From assembly GCA_964526295.1 (NCBI GenBank), contig CAZGKW010000007.1, positions 5,136 through 69,135 of the forward strand: 64,000 nt of DNA, written 5' to 3'. Below, piece after piece: positions 48,421-57,090 of the stretch. The notes beneath the pieces are model-generated. The model saw only the letters and a program-made list of their open reading frames with translations. It did not search any database and was not told the origin of the DNA. Every line of letters begins with the position of its first letter. The stretch's first letter is position 1. Both the position numbers and the translations under genes were made by a program. The DNA comes from an uncultured Anaerolineales bacterium (GTDB lineage: Bacteria > Planctomycetota > Phycisphaerae > FEN-1346).

Positions 48421-49887
48421 TCATTCGATTCGCATCGCTTCCATCGGCGCGAGGCGGGCCGCCGCCCACGCCGGGCCCACCGCTGCCAGCACCGCCAGCA
48501 CCAGGCCCGAGGCGAGGCACGCCGCCGCCCCCACGAACGTCTCCCGCACCGGCAGCACCATCAGGCTGCCGAAGGCGACCGCGCCTCGCAGCATCGCCAG
48601 GGCGTAGCCCAGGATGATCCCCGCGATGGCCCCCACCAGGCCTTGCGTCCCCGACTCGAATAGAAACTGGAGCCGGATGAACCCGTCCATCGCCCCCAGG
48701 CACTTCATCGTGGCGATCTCGGCGAACCGCTCCGCCACCGACATGAACATGGCGTTCGCCACGCCCACCGTGCACACCAGGAACGACAGGCCGATCAGCC
48801 ACTTGACCCAACCGGGGACGGTCAGCAGACCGCCGCCCTCGACCGGGGGCGGCCCTTCGCCCACGGCCGCCGAGAGCCGCGACTGCTCCCGCAGCGACTC
48901 GGCCAGCGCCAGCAGCCGTTGCGGCTCCACACGCGGCCCGGCCGCGTACCGGTTGATCAGCGTCCCCAGAAACGCCGCCTTCTTCCGCGAGTCCAGCCAC
49001 GCGAGCACCCGGCCGTGGGTCACCTCGGTGGCCTTGAGGTCCAGCTCCTTGGCCAGGGCCCGGGCCACGTCGGGCAGCTTGACGGCTTCGGTCAGGCGGA
49101 TCTGCTCCTCGGCCTGCCGCGCCAGGGCCGCCAGCTTCGGCAGGGCCTCCTGGGGCAACTCGAACCCCGCGGCCGCCAGCGTCTCGGCGAAGTCCGGCGG
49201 CGGGTAGGCGAACAGCTCCCGCGGCGACCGGCCCGGATACGCCGCTTCGATACGCCGGATGGCCGCCTCCTGGCCCCGGCGGATCCGCTCGGCCATCGCC
49301 AGGGCCTCGGGGCGGTCTCCCGTCAGCACCGCCCGGAACCGCTCGACGCTACCGAGCGGCGGCTCCAGCCGGAGCTCCTTCAGGTGGGCGAGGAACGCCT
49401 CGAACCGCTGCGCTTCGCTCAGGCGGCCCGCCGCCTCGTGCGGCTCAAGGTCCGCCACCAGGACCGTCCGCGTCGCCACCGGCAGGCCCTCCAGGTAACC
49501 GTAGAGCCGGGCCAGCGACCGGGCGGCCTCGCGGGCCGAGGCGAACTCCGCCTCGGTCGCGCCGCTCCAGGTCCGGTACGCACCCACCCGCGGCCCGTCG
49601 GCCCCCGCCAGGCGCGAGAGGATCGCCGCCGCGTCGTCCGGCACCGTCAGGCGGGTCGTCCACTCGCCCAGGAGCCGGGCATCGCGGAGCTGCCGGTACG
49701 CCGCCAGACGCGTCCGGTTCTCGATCACGCTGTACCCGAGGACGTGGGCGAGGAACGCCACCGCCAGGGCCAGGATCGAGACCGTCACCATCGACCGGAA
49801 CATCCGGTACGACATCCCGGTCAGCGTCAGACCGAAGCACCGGGCCGGCCCGATGCGAACCTGGTTCTTGACCACCAGCGGCTTCAC
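48421..49887 (-). CDS. FtsX-like ABC permease (MacB-type, with ~350-aa extracytoplasmic helical domain)
   Basis: GTG at 49887 (VKPLVVKNQVRIGPARCFGLTLTGMSYRMFRSMVTVSILALAVAF is TM1) overlaps the PqqD-like gene stop. The C-terminal FtsX TM2-4 is ...LSFLVCTVGVANAMFMSVAERFAEIATMKCLGA...AARLAPMEAMR. The upstream low-complexity part of track ORF 48421..50163 is rejected. Confidence 0.75.
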   Translation of the reverse strand: MKPLVVKNQVRIGPARCFGLTLTGMSYRMFRSMVTVSILALAVAFLAHVLGYSVIENRTRLAAYRQLRDARLLGEWTTRLTVPDDAAAILSRLAGADGPRVGAYRTWSGATEAEFASAREAARSLARLYGYLEGLPVATRTVLVADLEPHEAAGRLSEAQRFEAFLAHLKELRLEPPLGSVERFRAVLTGDRPEALAMAERIRRGQEAAIRRIEAAYPGRSPRELFAYPPPDFAETLAAAGFELPQEALPKLAALARQAEEQIRLTEAVKLPDVARALAKELDLKATEVTHGRVLAWLDSRKKAAFLGTLINRYAAGPRVEPQRLLALAESLREQSRLSAAVGEGPPPVEGGGLLTVPGWVKWLIGLSFLVCTVGVANAMFMSVAERFAEIATMKCLGAMDGFIRLQFLFESGTQGLVGAIAGIILGYALAMLRGAVAFGSLMVLPVRETFVGAAACLASGLVLAVLAAVGPAWAAARLAPMEAMRIE

Positions 49888-50324
49888 GTCTCGGCCCCCT
49901 CGGCCGCCGGACCGGCCCCGTCGGTCGGCGTGCCGATCATCACGATCAGCCCCCGCCGGGTCAGGTCGCGGAGGAACTGCATGACGCTGATCCGGGCCTC
50001 CTGGAACGTCAGGTGGTGGGCCCGTGAAAAGCGCTCGATGATCTCTTCGGCGGTCCGCCGCCCGTCGCAGGCCTCCCACACCTCCCGGCCCAGCCGGTCG
50101 AGGCCCACGGCCCGCTCGCGGCTGAACGGCATCACCCACGACAGCGGCGGCCGCATGTACCACCGGCGGACGAGCGGCACGCGAAGGACGATCCCGCCTC
50201 CTCCCGGTCCCCGGCCCGACGGTTGCGGCTCGGCGCGGACCGACTCGTTCGGCACGGGGACGGCGTCGAGCAGGTCGGTCGGCCCCAGCGTCGTCTCGGT
50301 CTCCGGTTGCGTCTTCTTCTTCAT
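49884..50324 (-). CDS. PqqD-family / RiPP-recognition-element-like small protein
   Basis: ATG at 50324 overlaps the upstream stop as ATGA. The C-terminal ~85 aa read ...LDRLGREVWEACDGRRTAEEIIERFSRAHHLTFQEARISVMQFLRDLTRRGLI, matching the PqqD fold signature. It is hidden inside track ORF 49884..51245. Confidence 0.65.
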   Translation of the reverse strand: MKKKTQPETETTLGPTDLLDAVPVPNESVRAEPQPSGRGPGGGGIVLRVPLVRRWYMRPPLSWVMPFSRERAVGLDRLGREVWEACDGRRTAEEIIERFSRAHHLTFQEARISVMQFLRDLTRRGLIVMIGTPTDGAGPAAEGAET

Positions 50325-51205
50325 GTCAGCTCGCGCTCCGCCCCGTCCGGCGCCCCGTCGCAGCAGCGGACGGCGAAGGCCTCCGGCCGCACCAGGTCCT
50401 TCCGCGGGCCCCGCGTCGTCACCAGGAACACTGCGTGGGCCGACGGGCACAGCCACGCCCGGTCGAGCCGCTCCGGCGTCCGCCGCACGAACCGGGCGAC
50501 GGCGTTCGGGGCCTCGTTGCTGCGGCCGTCGCGGGCCTCGTGGGTCCCGTACGTCGTCTCGGACACCTGGCACCGGGCGGGGCCCGTCTGGTTCCTCAGG
50601 AACGCCGCCAGGTCCCCGCCGAACCAGGCGTCGACCGCCCCCAGCCGCCGCACGACCGCCTCCCGCCGCCGGTCCTTGCGGAACGTCATCGACGCATCGG
50701 CCGGCCGGGCCGACACCTCGGCCAGCGGCCACTCGGGCGGGACGCGGATGTCGAGGCCGAAGGCCCGCCACCGACGCGGCGGATCGGCCTCGTCGTCCAC
50801 CTCGAACCCCTCCAGGAGCCGCCGCTCCAGGCCCGTATCGACCGCCTCGGGCCACGAGACCACCATCTCGACCCACCGCTTCAAGGCCGCCAGGTACCGC
50901 CCGGCCCGGGTGATGGTGCCGGCCTCGCCCCGGCGGCGGAAGCCCCGCCAGCCGGCCGTCCGCTCCAGGCGAGTCAGCTTGCAGTCGGGGTCCTCGGCCA
51001 GCTCGTCGGCCCGGTAGTCCGAGAGCGTCCGCTTGACGTCCGGCTCGGCCTCGGCCCGGATCCACGAGACCTGGAGCCGTTGCCGACGTCGGTCCGCCAG
51101 GGCCAGGCTGCCCCGCTCGGCGCCCAGGGCGTGGCGGACGATCTCCCACGCCTCCGGCACCGCCAGGTGCATGCCCAGCCACACGATGTCGCGGGTCGTC
51201 TGCAT
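50321..51205 (-). CDS. hypothetical 294-aa protein (no TM, family not recognised)
   Basis: Track ORF 50321..51205(-). G/C-rich third positions. Its stop is coupled to the PqqD-like ATG. Confidence 0.6.
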   Translation of the reverse strand: MQTTRDIVWLGMHLAVPEAWEIVRHALGAERGSLALADRRRQRLQVSWIRAEAEPDVKRTLSDYRADELAEDPDCKLTRLERTAGWRGFRRRGEAGTITRAGRYLAALKRWVEMVVSWPEAVDTGLERRLLEGFEVDDEADPPRRWRAFGLDIRVPPEWPLAEVSARPADASMTFRKDRRREAVVRRLGAVDAWFGGDLAAFLRNQTGPARCQVSETTYGTHEARDGRSNEAPNAVARFVRRTPERLDRAWLCPSAHAVFLVTTRGPRKDLVRPEAFAVRCCDGAPDGAERELT

Positions 51206-51250
51206 CCGCTTGGCTCGCCAAGGCAGGCCCGCCTGCCCCCCTCACCCCAC

Positions 51251-51273
51251 CCCTCTCCCACCAGGGGAGAGGG
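51251..51273. repeat. GC-rich palindromic intergenic element (copy 2 of CCCTCTCC...GGAGAGGG + AGGTSATGG)
   Basis: CCCTCTCCCACCAGGGGAGAGGG followed by AGGTCATGG. It lies in the 87-nt gap between the 946-aa and 294-aa genes. Confidence 0.5.
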
Positions 51274-51291
51274 AGGTCATGGCATGCCGGC

Positions 51292-54132
51292 TCAGCCCGG
51301 CAACAGGCTGTAGGTCACCGGGGCCTTCCCCGTCAGGGCGAAATAGACGGCCCCGACGATGGCCCATCCGATGGCCGCCAGCAGCTCGCCGGCGATCACG
51401 CCGACCATAAGCGGCTTGATCAACTGGTACCCCTTGGCGCCGCCGAGCTTGACGACGGCGGTCTTGATGGCCCAGCCGAGGAAGAACGAGGCGGCGAGCT
51501 CGAACCCGGGCTTCGTGCCCCAGACGAGAAACATTACCGGATGGATAAACCACCAACTGATACGCAGCCGCGCGATCGAGACCCCCACCACCAGCGCCAG
51601 GCCGAGGCCCACCCAGCCCATGACTTCCGGGTCGAACCGGGCCTCCGCCAGGGCCCCCAGCCCCGACGTGGCCGTCGCCCGGGCCAGGTCGCCTCGGGCC
51701 CGGAGCTCCACGATGTGCTTCTCGATGCTGTTGAAGACCTCCCGCGGCAGCGACACCGTCGCCCACTTGTCCCGGTGGTTGACCCCGAGGTTGTACTGGA
51801 ACCACAACGTTACCAGCAGGGCCGCGACGAAGGCGGCCACCAGCATCACAAGCAGCCAGGGGGCCAGGCGGCGCGGCCGGGCGCCGGCGCCGCTGTGGCC
51901 CATCCGCAGGCCGTTCGCCAGATACGGCATGATGGCTTCCCGCGGGTCGCCCACCAGGATCACGCTGGCCAGGGCCAGCAGGACGTACGCCTGGGGACTG
52001 ATGGCCGAATGCCCCAGCACCGCCACCAGGACGGTCGCCGGCAGCCAGTAAGCCTGGAGGAAGAACGCCCCGGTCTCGACGTTGATCCGCGTGATGATCA
52101 ACAGCGTCAGCATCACCAGCGCGATTGCCAGGATGCTGAGCGGCCAGTCGAGCCCCGCCCGACACAGAAGCAGCACCGCCAGGACCAGGCACACGATCAG
52201 GCCGCGCGCCGCCCACGTGGCATAGGGGGGCGTGTCGCGCCGCCGACTGAGGCCGAAGGCGCTGCCCAGCACGTTCAGGTAATACCGCCGTCCGATGTAA
52301 AGCAGGACGCCCGCCATCCCAAGGTAGGCCCCGAAGACCATCAGGTTCACGTTCTTGGCGTCGAAGTACGGGCTGACCATCGCCGTGCCGCGGGCCACCA
52401 GGATCGTCCCGAACGCCACGTACGCGACGCCCGAGATGCCCAGGCTGAACGAGACCCCCTTGTTCAGGAAGAAGGCGAACGCCACGACGCTGAGGTAGAT
52501 CGTCGGGTTCCAAACGCCCTGCCAGTCGTAGACCTTCTTGGCCGTGGGGAAGAGCTTCTTCAGGGGCGTAAAGTCGACCTGCGTCGGGACCTTGATGAAG
52601 AACGTTTCGTTGTCCCACTTGTTCAGGCCGTTCACGAGGTGCAGCAGGACCAGCGCCAAGAGGCCGTACCAGAAGAGCCGCGACAGAAGGACCGCCGGGG
52701 TCCGGCTTTCCGCGGCGGGGCGCGTCACCTCCTCGACGAACCGGGCGATGGGGTAGGCCAGCAGCTCCCGCTGCGACCACTGGGGGTGGACGATCAGCGT
52801 CAGGCAAAGCGCCGCCGTGCCCACCAGCAGCGCCAGGCCACCCCACAGCTTCAGCGTCGGCCACCATGTCCTCCAGGGCAGGTCCGCCAGGCCGAGGCCG
52901 AATCGCTCCCCGGTGCCGCCCCGCCACCCCTGCTGGAGCGTCTCGACGGCGAAAGGGTCGATCGTCCCGCCGGCCAGCAGGGGGCCCTCGTCCGGGTCGT
53001 ACGGCGCGAGCAGCTCCGGCCAGGCCGCCTCCAACGCGATGCGGTTGATCTCGGCCTCCAGGCGGCCCACCTGGTTCGCCGTGCCGATCCGGTGGTCGAT
53101 CGAGTCGATGCGTTCCTGGAGGAGGCGGATGGGGTTGTCGTAGGCGGCAAGCCGCCCCGTGACGTCGCGAATGCGGGCCTCCAGCGGGGCCATGCGGGCA
53201 TCCAGGGCCTCGATCTCCCGGCGGAGGGCCTCGATCCGGCTCGTCAGGTCGGAGGGGGCCTCGGCCGCCGGGGCCGGTTCGCCGCCGGGGCCCTCGGCCT
53301 TGCGGAGGCGGGCCTGGAGGTCGGCAAGCTGCCGGGCCAAGGCCTCGCGCTGGAGGCGCAGGGGCTCGCGCTCGGCGATGAGGGCCTCCCGCTCGGGCTC
53401 CAGGCGGACCCGGAGGCTCGTCCGCCGGGCTTCCAACTCCCGGAGCCGATCGCCGAGATCCTCGCGCTGCACGGCCAGCTCGGCCCGCTCCTCGAGGAGC
53501 GCCTCGGCGACCTCCGGCAGTCGGTCCCCCAGGGCGGTATAGAACGCCCGGTCCTCGATGACGTTCTCGTTGATGGCCCGCAGGAGGGCGGATTCCTCGG
53601 CGTCCGAGAGGCGGGCGTCGTCGGGCCGCTCGCCCGCGATCCGTCGGGCCCCCTCGGGCAGAAGGGTCCAGACCAGCCGGTCGGTTTCGTCCTCCGCCGC
53701 CTCGGCGGCGGCCAGCCGCTCGACCAGCGCTTCCCAGTCGCGGACGTGGCCCCGGGCGAGGTGAGGAGAGCCGCCCGGCACGTACGACATGATCTGGGCG
53801 TCCTGCCACCCGGTCCGGTTCCGGATGAGCTGGCTGGGCATGGCGAGGTTCGTGGTGAACGTCCGGAAGAACCCCGAGCCGGGCCATCCGCAGGCCGCCA
53901 GGCCGATCGCCGTGATCACGACCAGCTCGGACGACTTCAGCCGCCACCTCGTTCCGACGGCGCCGAGCGTCGGGTTCACCGCCAGCAGCAGGACCACCAG
54001 GACGCCGAAGACCGCGATGGGAAGGAAGTTCCCGATCAGTTGGGTCTGGTTGATGACGGCGTCGTTGAAGTAGGTGACGGCCGAGACGAGGAGGCCGAGC
54101 AGGAGGCCCAGGATGACCGCGCGGAGCGTCAT
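51292..54132 (-). CDS. 946-aa polytopic membrane protein with ~350-aa central coiled-coil
   Basis: ATG at 54132 after GGGAGG gives MTLRAVILGLLLGLLVSAV.... It has ~5 N-terminal TMs, then a long heptad-rich region (...LRELEARRTSLRVRLEPEREALIAEREPLRLQREALARQLADLQARLRK...), then ~12 further TMs. The track ORF is extended to 54333. Confidence 0.7.
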   Translation of the reverse strand: MTLRAVILGLLLGLLVSAVTYFNDAVINQTQLIGNFLPIAVFGVLVVLLLAVNPTLGAVGTRWRLKSSELVVITAIGLAACGWPGSGFFRTFTTNLAMPSQLIRNRTGWQDAQIMSYVPGGSPHLARGHVRDWEALVERLAAAEAAEDETDRLVWTLLPEGARRIAGERPDDARLSDAEESALLRAINENVIEDRAFYTALGDRLPEVAEALLEERAELAVQREDLGDRLRELEARRTSLRVRLEPEREALIAEREPLRLQREALARQLADLQARLRKAEGPGGEPAPAAEAPSDLTSRIEALRREIEALDARMAPLEARIRDVTGRLAAYDNPIRLLQERIDSIDHRIGTANQVGRLEAEINRIALEAAWPELLAPYDPDEGPLLAGGTIDPFAVETLQQGWRGGTGERFGLGLADLPWRTWWPTLKLWGGLALLVGTAALCLTLIVHPQWSQRELLAYPIARFVEEVTRPAAESRTPAVLLSRLFWYGLLALVLLHLVNGLNKWDNETFFIKVPTQVDFTPLKKLFPTAKKVYDWQGVWNPTIYLSVVAFAFFLNKGVSFSLGISGVAYVAFGTILVARGTAMVSPYFDAKNVNLMVFGAYLGMAGVLLYIGRRYYLNVLGSAFGLSRRRDTPPYATWAARGLIVCLVLAVLLLCRAGLDWPLSILAIALVMLTLLIITRINVETGAFFLQAYWLPATVLVAVLGHSAISPQAYVLLALASVILVGDPREAIMPYLANGLRMGHSGAGARPRRLAPWLLVMLVAAFVAALLVTLWFQYNLGVNHRDKWATVSLPREVFNSIEKHIVELRARGDLARATATSGLGALAEARFDPEVMGWVGLGLALVVGVSIARLRISWWFIHPVMFLVWGTKPGFELAASFFLGWAIKTAVVKLGGAKGYQLIKPLMVGVIAGELLAAIGWAIVGAVYFALTGKAPVTYSLLPG

Positions 54133-54329
54133 AGGCGGCTTCTCGATCCTCCCCGGCCCGCCCGGTGCGAAGACACGTGCGAGCGGGGCCGGTTCGCCCC
54201 CGTGATGCCGGCGGACCACGGCCGGGCCCGCCGGGGCGTCGGATTCTAATGGCGCGGCGGGGCGTTGCCAAGACCAAAGACGGACAAGACACAAGGGACA
54301 AGGGTGGACGCCCGTCGGCCCGGCTCGAT

Positions 54330-54722
54330 TCACGTGAACCGATCAGGCGAGAGGGGCGCCGGGTCGAGGAGCGGCCGCTCTCCGACCAGGAGCTGCGCGA
54401 CGAGCCGGCCGGTCGCCGGCGCCTGGCAGATGCCCTTCATGGCGTGCCCCGTCGCGACCAGGAGGTCCTCGCACCGGCCGGTCCGGCCGACGGCCGGCAG
54501 GCCGTCCGGCAGGCACGGCCTGAGGCCCCGCCAGATCTCGACCTTCCGCTCGTCCGGACCTTCGACGGGCGGCCTGGCCGGCTCGCCGGCGTCGCACGCG
54601 TGGTAGGTCGACACGGCCCGCCGCACGGCCGCCACGCGGCGGCGGTCGACCGACTCGTCCAGGCCCGCCAGCTCCAGCGTCCCGGCGAACCGCAAGGCCC
54701 CGCCGAGGGGCGTGACGGCCAC
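54330..54722 (-). pseudogene. C-terminal remnant of FAD-dependent (DAO/ThiO/DadA-type) oxidoreductase lacking its N-terminal two thirds
   Basis: ...LLVATGHAMKGICQAPATGRLVAQLLVGERP...APLSPDRF is the conserved C-terminal FAD-closing region of DAO-family enzymes. No GxGxxG-containing N-terminus exists upstream in any frame. Confidence 0.5.
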
Positions 54723-55097
54723 CTTCGCCTCCGACAGCAGCAGCGGCCGTTCCGGCGCCGGCGCCCGTTCATTCGGACACGTCGTAGTAGAGCGGCGTGC
54801 GGGGCCCCCGGCCGAGGGTCTCCGAGAGCAGGTCGGCCTCGACCTCCGGGTGGGCGTCCATCGGTTCGGCCACCAGGACGTAGCTTCGTCCGACGGGCCG
54901 CCGGGCGATCGGCAGCACGTGCCCGTCCAGCAGCGTCCGGTGGCCCATGAAGATCGTCCTGCCGCGGTACTTGCCCGTCAGGACCTCCTCGACCTCGTAC
55001 TCGTAGATGGTGACGGCGCGGGGGTAGGGGGCGGCCTGGCGGGCGTCGGCCGGGTCCGGGCCGGCGAGACGACGGCCGTACTGGGACGGAACGGACG

Positions 55098-55150
55098 CAA
55101 AACCGGAAAGGTTTTGCGCATTCTGAGGCCGGGGGCCGGTTTTTTCTCCG
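55098..55150 (+). terminator. candidate tandem hairpin plus T-run terminator
   Basis: GCAAAACC-GGAAA-GGTTTTGC, then GGCCGGGGGCCGG, then TTTTTTCT. Confidence 0.3.
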
Positions 55151-55468
55151 TTTCGATTTGCCTCCGGGCGTTTTCTATGCTATATAAAGGGCGCTCGGCC
55201 TTACGGGTCCCCGCCCGCGGCGACCTCTGCCGCCGCCGGCCCTCTCCAACCGGACAAGCCAGATTCGCGGGAATTCCATGCTTGGCCGTCGAGAGCGTCC
55301 GCCACCGCCATCGCCTTTGTTTCGTCCACTGTATCACCCTTTCCACTGACGGCAAGACCCCATCCACGGGGCAACTCGATTCTAGGGGACCATGATCTAG
55401 GGGGCCAAGGAAATTCTGGTGAGGCTTGCGGGATGGGTTTGACAGAAGGAATGAAGATCAGGCGGGGC

Positions 55469-55813
55469 CTAGTTACTGCAGATTTCGGCCACGTTCTCGA
55501 TAAACTTCTCGGGGCTTATATCGGTGCTAATGAAGTCTCGGACAAGGGGGCTATATTGCTGATCTAGGTGCCCCTCGCGGGGCCTGCGGTGCATACATTC
55601 ATAGATCCTATTCAATGTCGAATCCCAAACCTCCCCGTAAGCGTCAATCTCTCCTTTAAGCCGTTCCTTTTCTGCTTCTGTTTCGGCATTTGTGTATTGA
55701 TTGACGAGCGCCTTGTATCGTCCCAGCCTATCGGCCAGCTCGCCCAACGTACACCCATCTGCGTTATCGAGATACCACTTTCTGGCGTTGAATTGGCGAT
55801 TGCCCTTGCCCAT
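55469..55813 (-). CDS. hypothetical 114-aa soluble protein (island gene)
   Basis: Track ORF. No TM and no recognised motif. Low-GC codon usage matches the island. Confidence 0.5.
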   Translation of the reverse strand: MGKGNRQFNARKWYLDNADGCTLGELADRLGRYKALVNQYTNAETEAEKERLKGEIDAYGEVWDSTLNRIYECMHRRPREGHLDQQYSPLVRDFISTDISPEKFIENVAEICSN

Positions 55814-55948
55814 TTGCTCCTCCCCTTCCTCTGCGCCTACGGGTGTGATCGGTTCACTTGCTAGCTCATTCTACAGACTCCCTCACTCAGATTAGACGGC
55901 GCGGTCGGCGTTTTTCCTTGGCCCATCCCGATTCGCGCGGTACTGGCG

Positions 55949-56257
55949 TCATCGTTTCCGAAGTGACGCCAGCCCAAAGCCGACGACAGTTGGGATTGAA
56001 CCCACGACAATAATTACGAGTATGCTATCGATGGTATTTGCTAGCGCGAAGAATAGGAGCGCCGAGAGAATCAGCCCCCCTAGGACGGCAATGGCACCCC
56101 ATCCCGTTGTTGCTTCGGTCTTCTCTCCTGAGATCGGATGCCCACAGTGGGGGCATTGGCAAGCAGATGAACTAACTTGACTGGAGCAAACAGGGCATCT
56201 TATCAGTCCCATTGCAGCCACCTCTTCAGGATCCAAAGATTGTGGCCCGCAACTCAA
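55949..56257 (-). CDS. zinc-ribbon membrane protein (island gene)
   Basis: CPVC...CPHC zinc ribbon, then two TM helices (AIAVLGGLILSALLFFALA / ILVIIVVGSIPTVVGFGLA). The start may be the internal MGLIRCPVC. Confidence 0.55.
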   Translation of the reverse strand: MSCGPQSLDPEEVAAMGLIRCPVCSSQVSSSACQCPHCGHPISGEKTEATTGWGAIAVLGGLILSALLFFALANTIDSILVIIVVGSIPTVVGFGLASLRKR

Positions 56258-56286
56258 GCAGACGGTCGAGACTTAGAGTTGCACGC

Positions 56287-57090
56287 TCAGAGGAACGGGA
56301 CCAACCCGAGGAGGAACGGGATCAGCCCGAGAATGAAGACGCCGACTATGAGCCAAAGTGAACCAACGAAGCCAAGAATTAGTCCGGCCGTGGCTAATCC
56401 CTTCGGTTCGCTGAACATCCCGCAAAAGCTGAGCAGAAGGCCAATGGGTGCAAGGACGCCGCAGGAAAAGAATCCCAGGAGCGAAAAGACGAAACCCGCG
56501 ACCCCCAAAACGTTGCTTCGTGGAGCCTCTATGACAACCACTTGAGACTGGCTTTGCCTTGAAGTTCGGCTGACTTGGCGATAAGGCGCACCCCTGTTGC
56601 TTGGTTGTATATTCGCATTCGTGTGTACATGTGCCGAGGATGGTACAGGAAGCTTCTGTTCGTAAGGTTGAAGGACTTCGCCCTCTATCGCCTGTGTACG
56701 TCCTGCGGTTTCTGTCTTTGCCTTAGCGTCTAGATAAGCCTCAGACTCGCGACGTTTTTGCTCCTGTTCTCTCTTATGTTCTGCTGCGGCTTTGACCTTG
56801 CGCTGTTTTGCTGCTTTTCGTTTCTGTCGATATTCCTTCATTCGCTGTTGCATCTCGGGCCACAGAAGCTGAAACCCAGCGGCTTGGACGATGTTCTGAC
56901 ACTTTGAGCACTGGATATCGTCGCGTCGGTGCTCGTAAGAAACCGTGATCCCGTCGCCACAAACAGGGCACTTAAACCGGACTGGGTGTTTTGCAACCAT
57001 GTCGAATCGCTCTACCTTGACAATCGGAACGGAGCAAATAAGAACTTCATCACTGAGAACGCACGCTTCCCCCCTTCTTCTTCGATTCAA
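56287..57090 (-). CDS. zinc-ribbon membrane protein with Lys/Arg/Glu-rich linker (island gene)
   Basis: CPVCGDG...CSKCQN zinc ribbon, a highly charged KRK-rich linker, and a C-terminal multi-TM segment. The TTG start at 57090 abuts the PEP-CTERM gene stop; an alternative ATG is at 57000. Confidence 0.55.
   Translation of the reverse strand: MNRRRRGEACVLSDEVLICSVPIVKVERFDMVAKHPVRFKCPVCGDGITVSYEHRRDDIQCSKCQNIVQAAGFQLLWPEMQQRMKEYRQKRKAAKQRKVKAAAEHKREQEQKRRESEAYLDAKAKTETAGRTQAIEGEVLQPYEQKLPVPSSAHVHTNANIQPSNRGAPYRQVSRTSRQSQSQVVVIEAPRSNVLGVAGFVFSLLGFFSCGVLAPIGLLLSFCGMFSEPKGLATAGLILGFVGSLWLIVGVFILGLIPFLLGLVPFL

Noticed and set aside
49888-50163. Upstream 92 codons of track ORF 48421..50163 (MVHAAAAVVGDAVQPRAGRG...)
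   Set aside because: The segment is low-complexity and overlaps the PqqD-like gene. The GTG at 49887 gives a normal MacB-type TM1 start.
49884-51245. 453-aa minus-strand ORF treated as one protein
   Set aside because: Only its last 146 codons are real, encoding the PqqD-like protein. The remainder is the out-of-frame overlap with the 294-aa gene 50321..51205.
39355-54132. RiPP biosynthetic gene cluster, suggested by the PqqD-like protein plus ABC exporters
   Set aside because: No radical-SAM, YcaO, lasso cyclase/protease or lanthipeptide enzyme and no convincing precursor peptide lies in or next to the operon. I keep it only as an open question under the PqqD finding.
51541-54249. 902-aa plus-strand ORF
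   Set aside because: It is antisense to the 946-aa membrane/coiled-coil gene, which has an RBS, TM periodicity and G/C third positions. The plus-strand translation is Arg/Gly/Pro low-complexity.
55975-56010. tRNA-like T-arm (GGGTTCAATCCCA on the minus strand)
   Set aside because: The match is confined to the T-loop consensus. There is no acceptor stem or anticodon arm. The segment lies inside the coding frame of the zinc-ribbon membrane protein, where it encodes VVGSIPTVV. It is a coincidence of codon choice.
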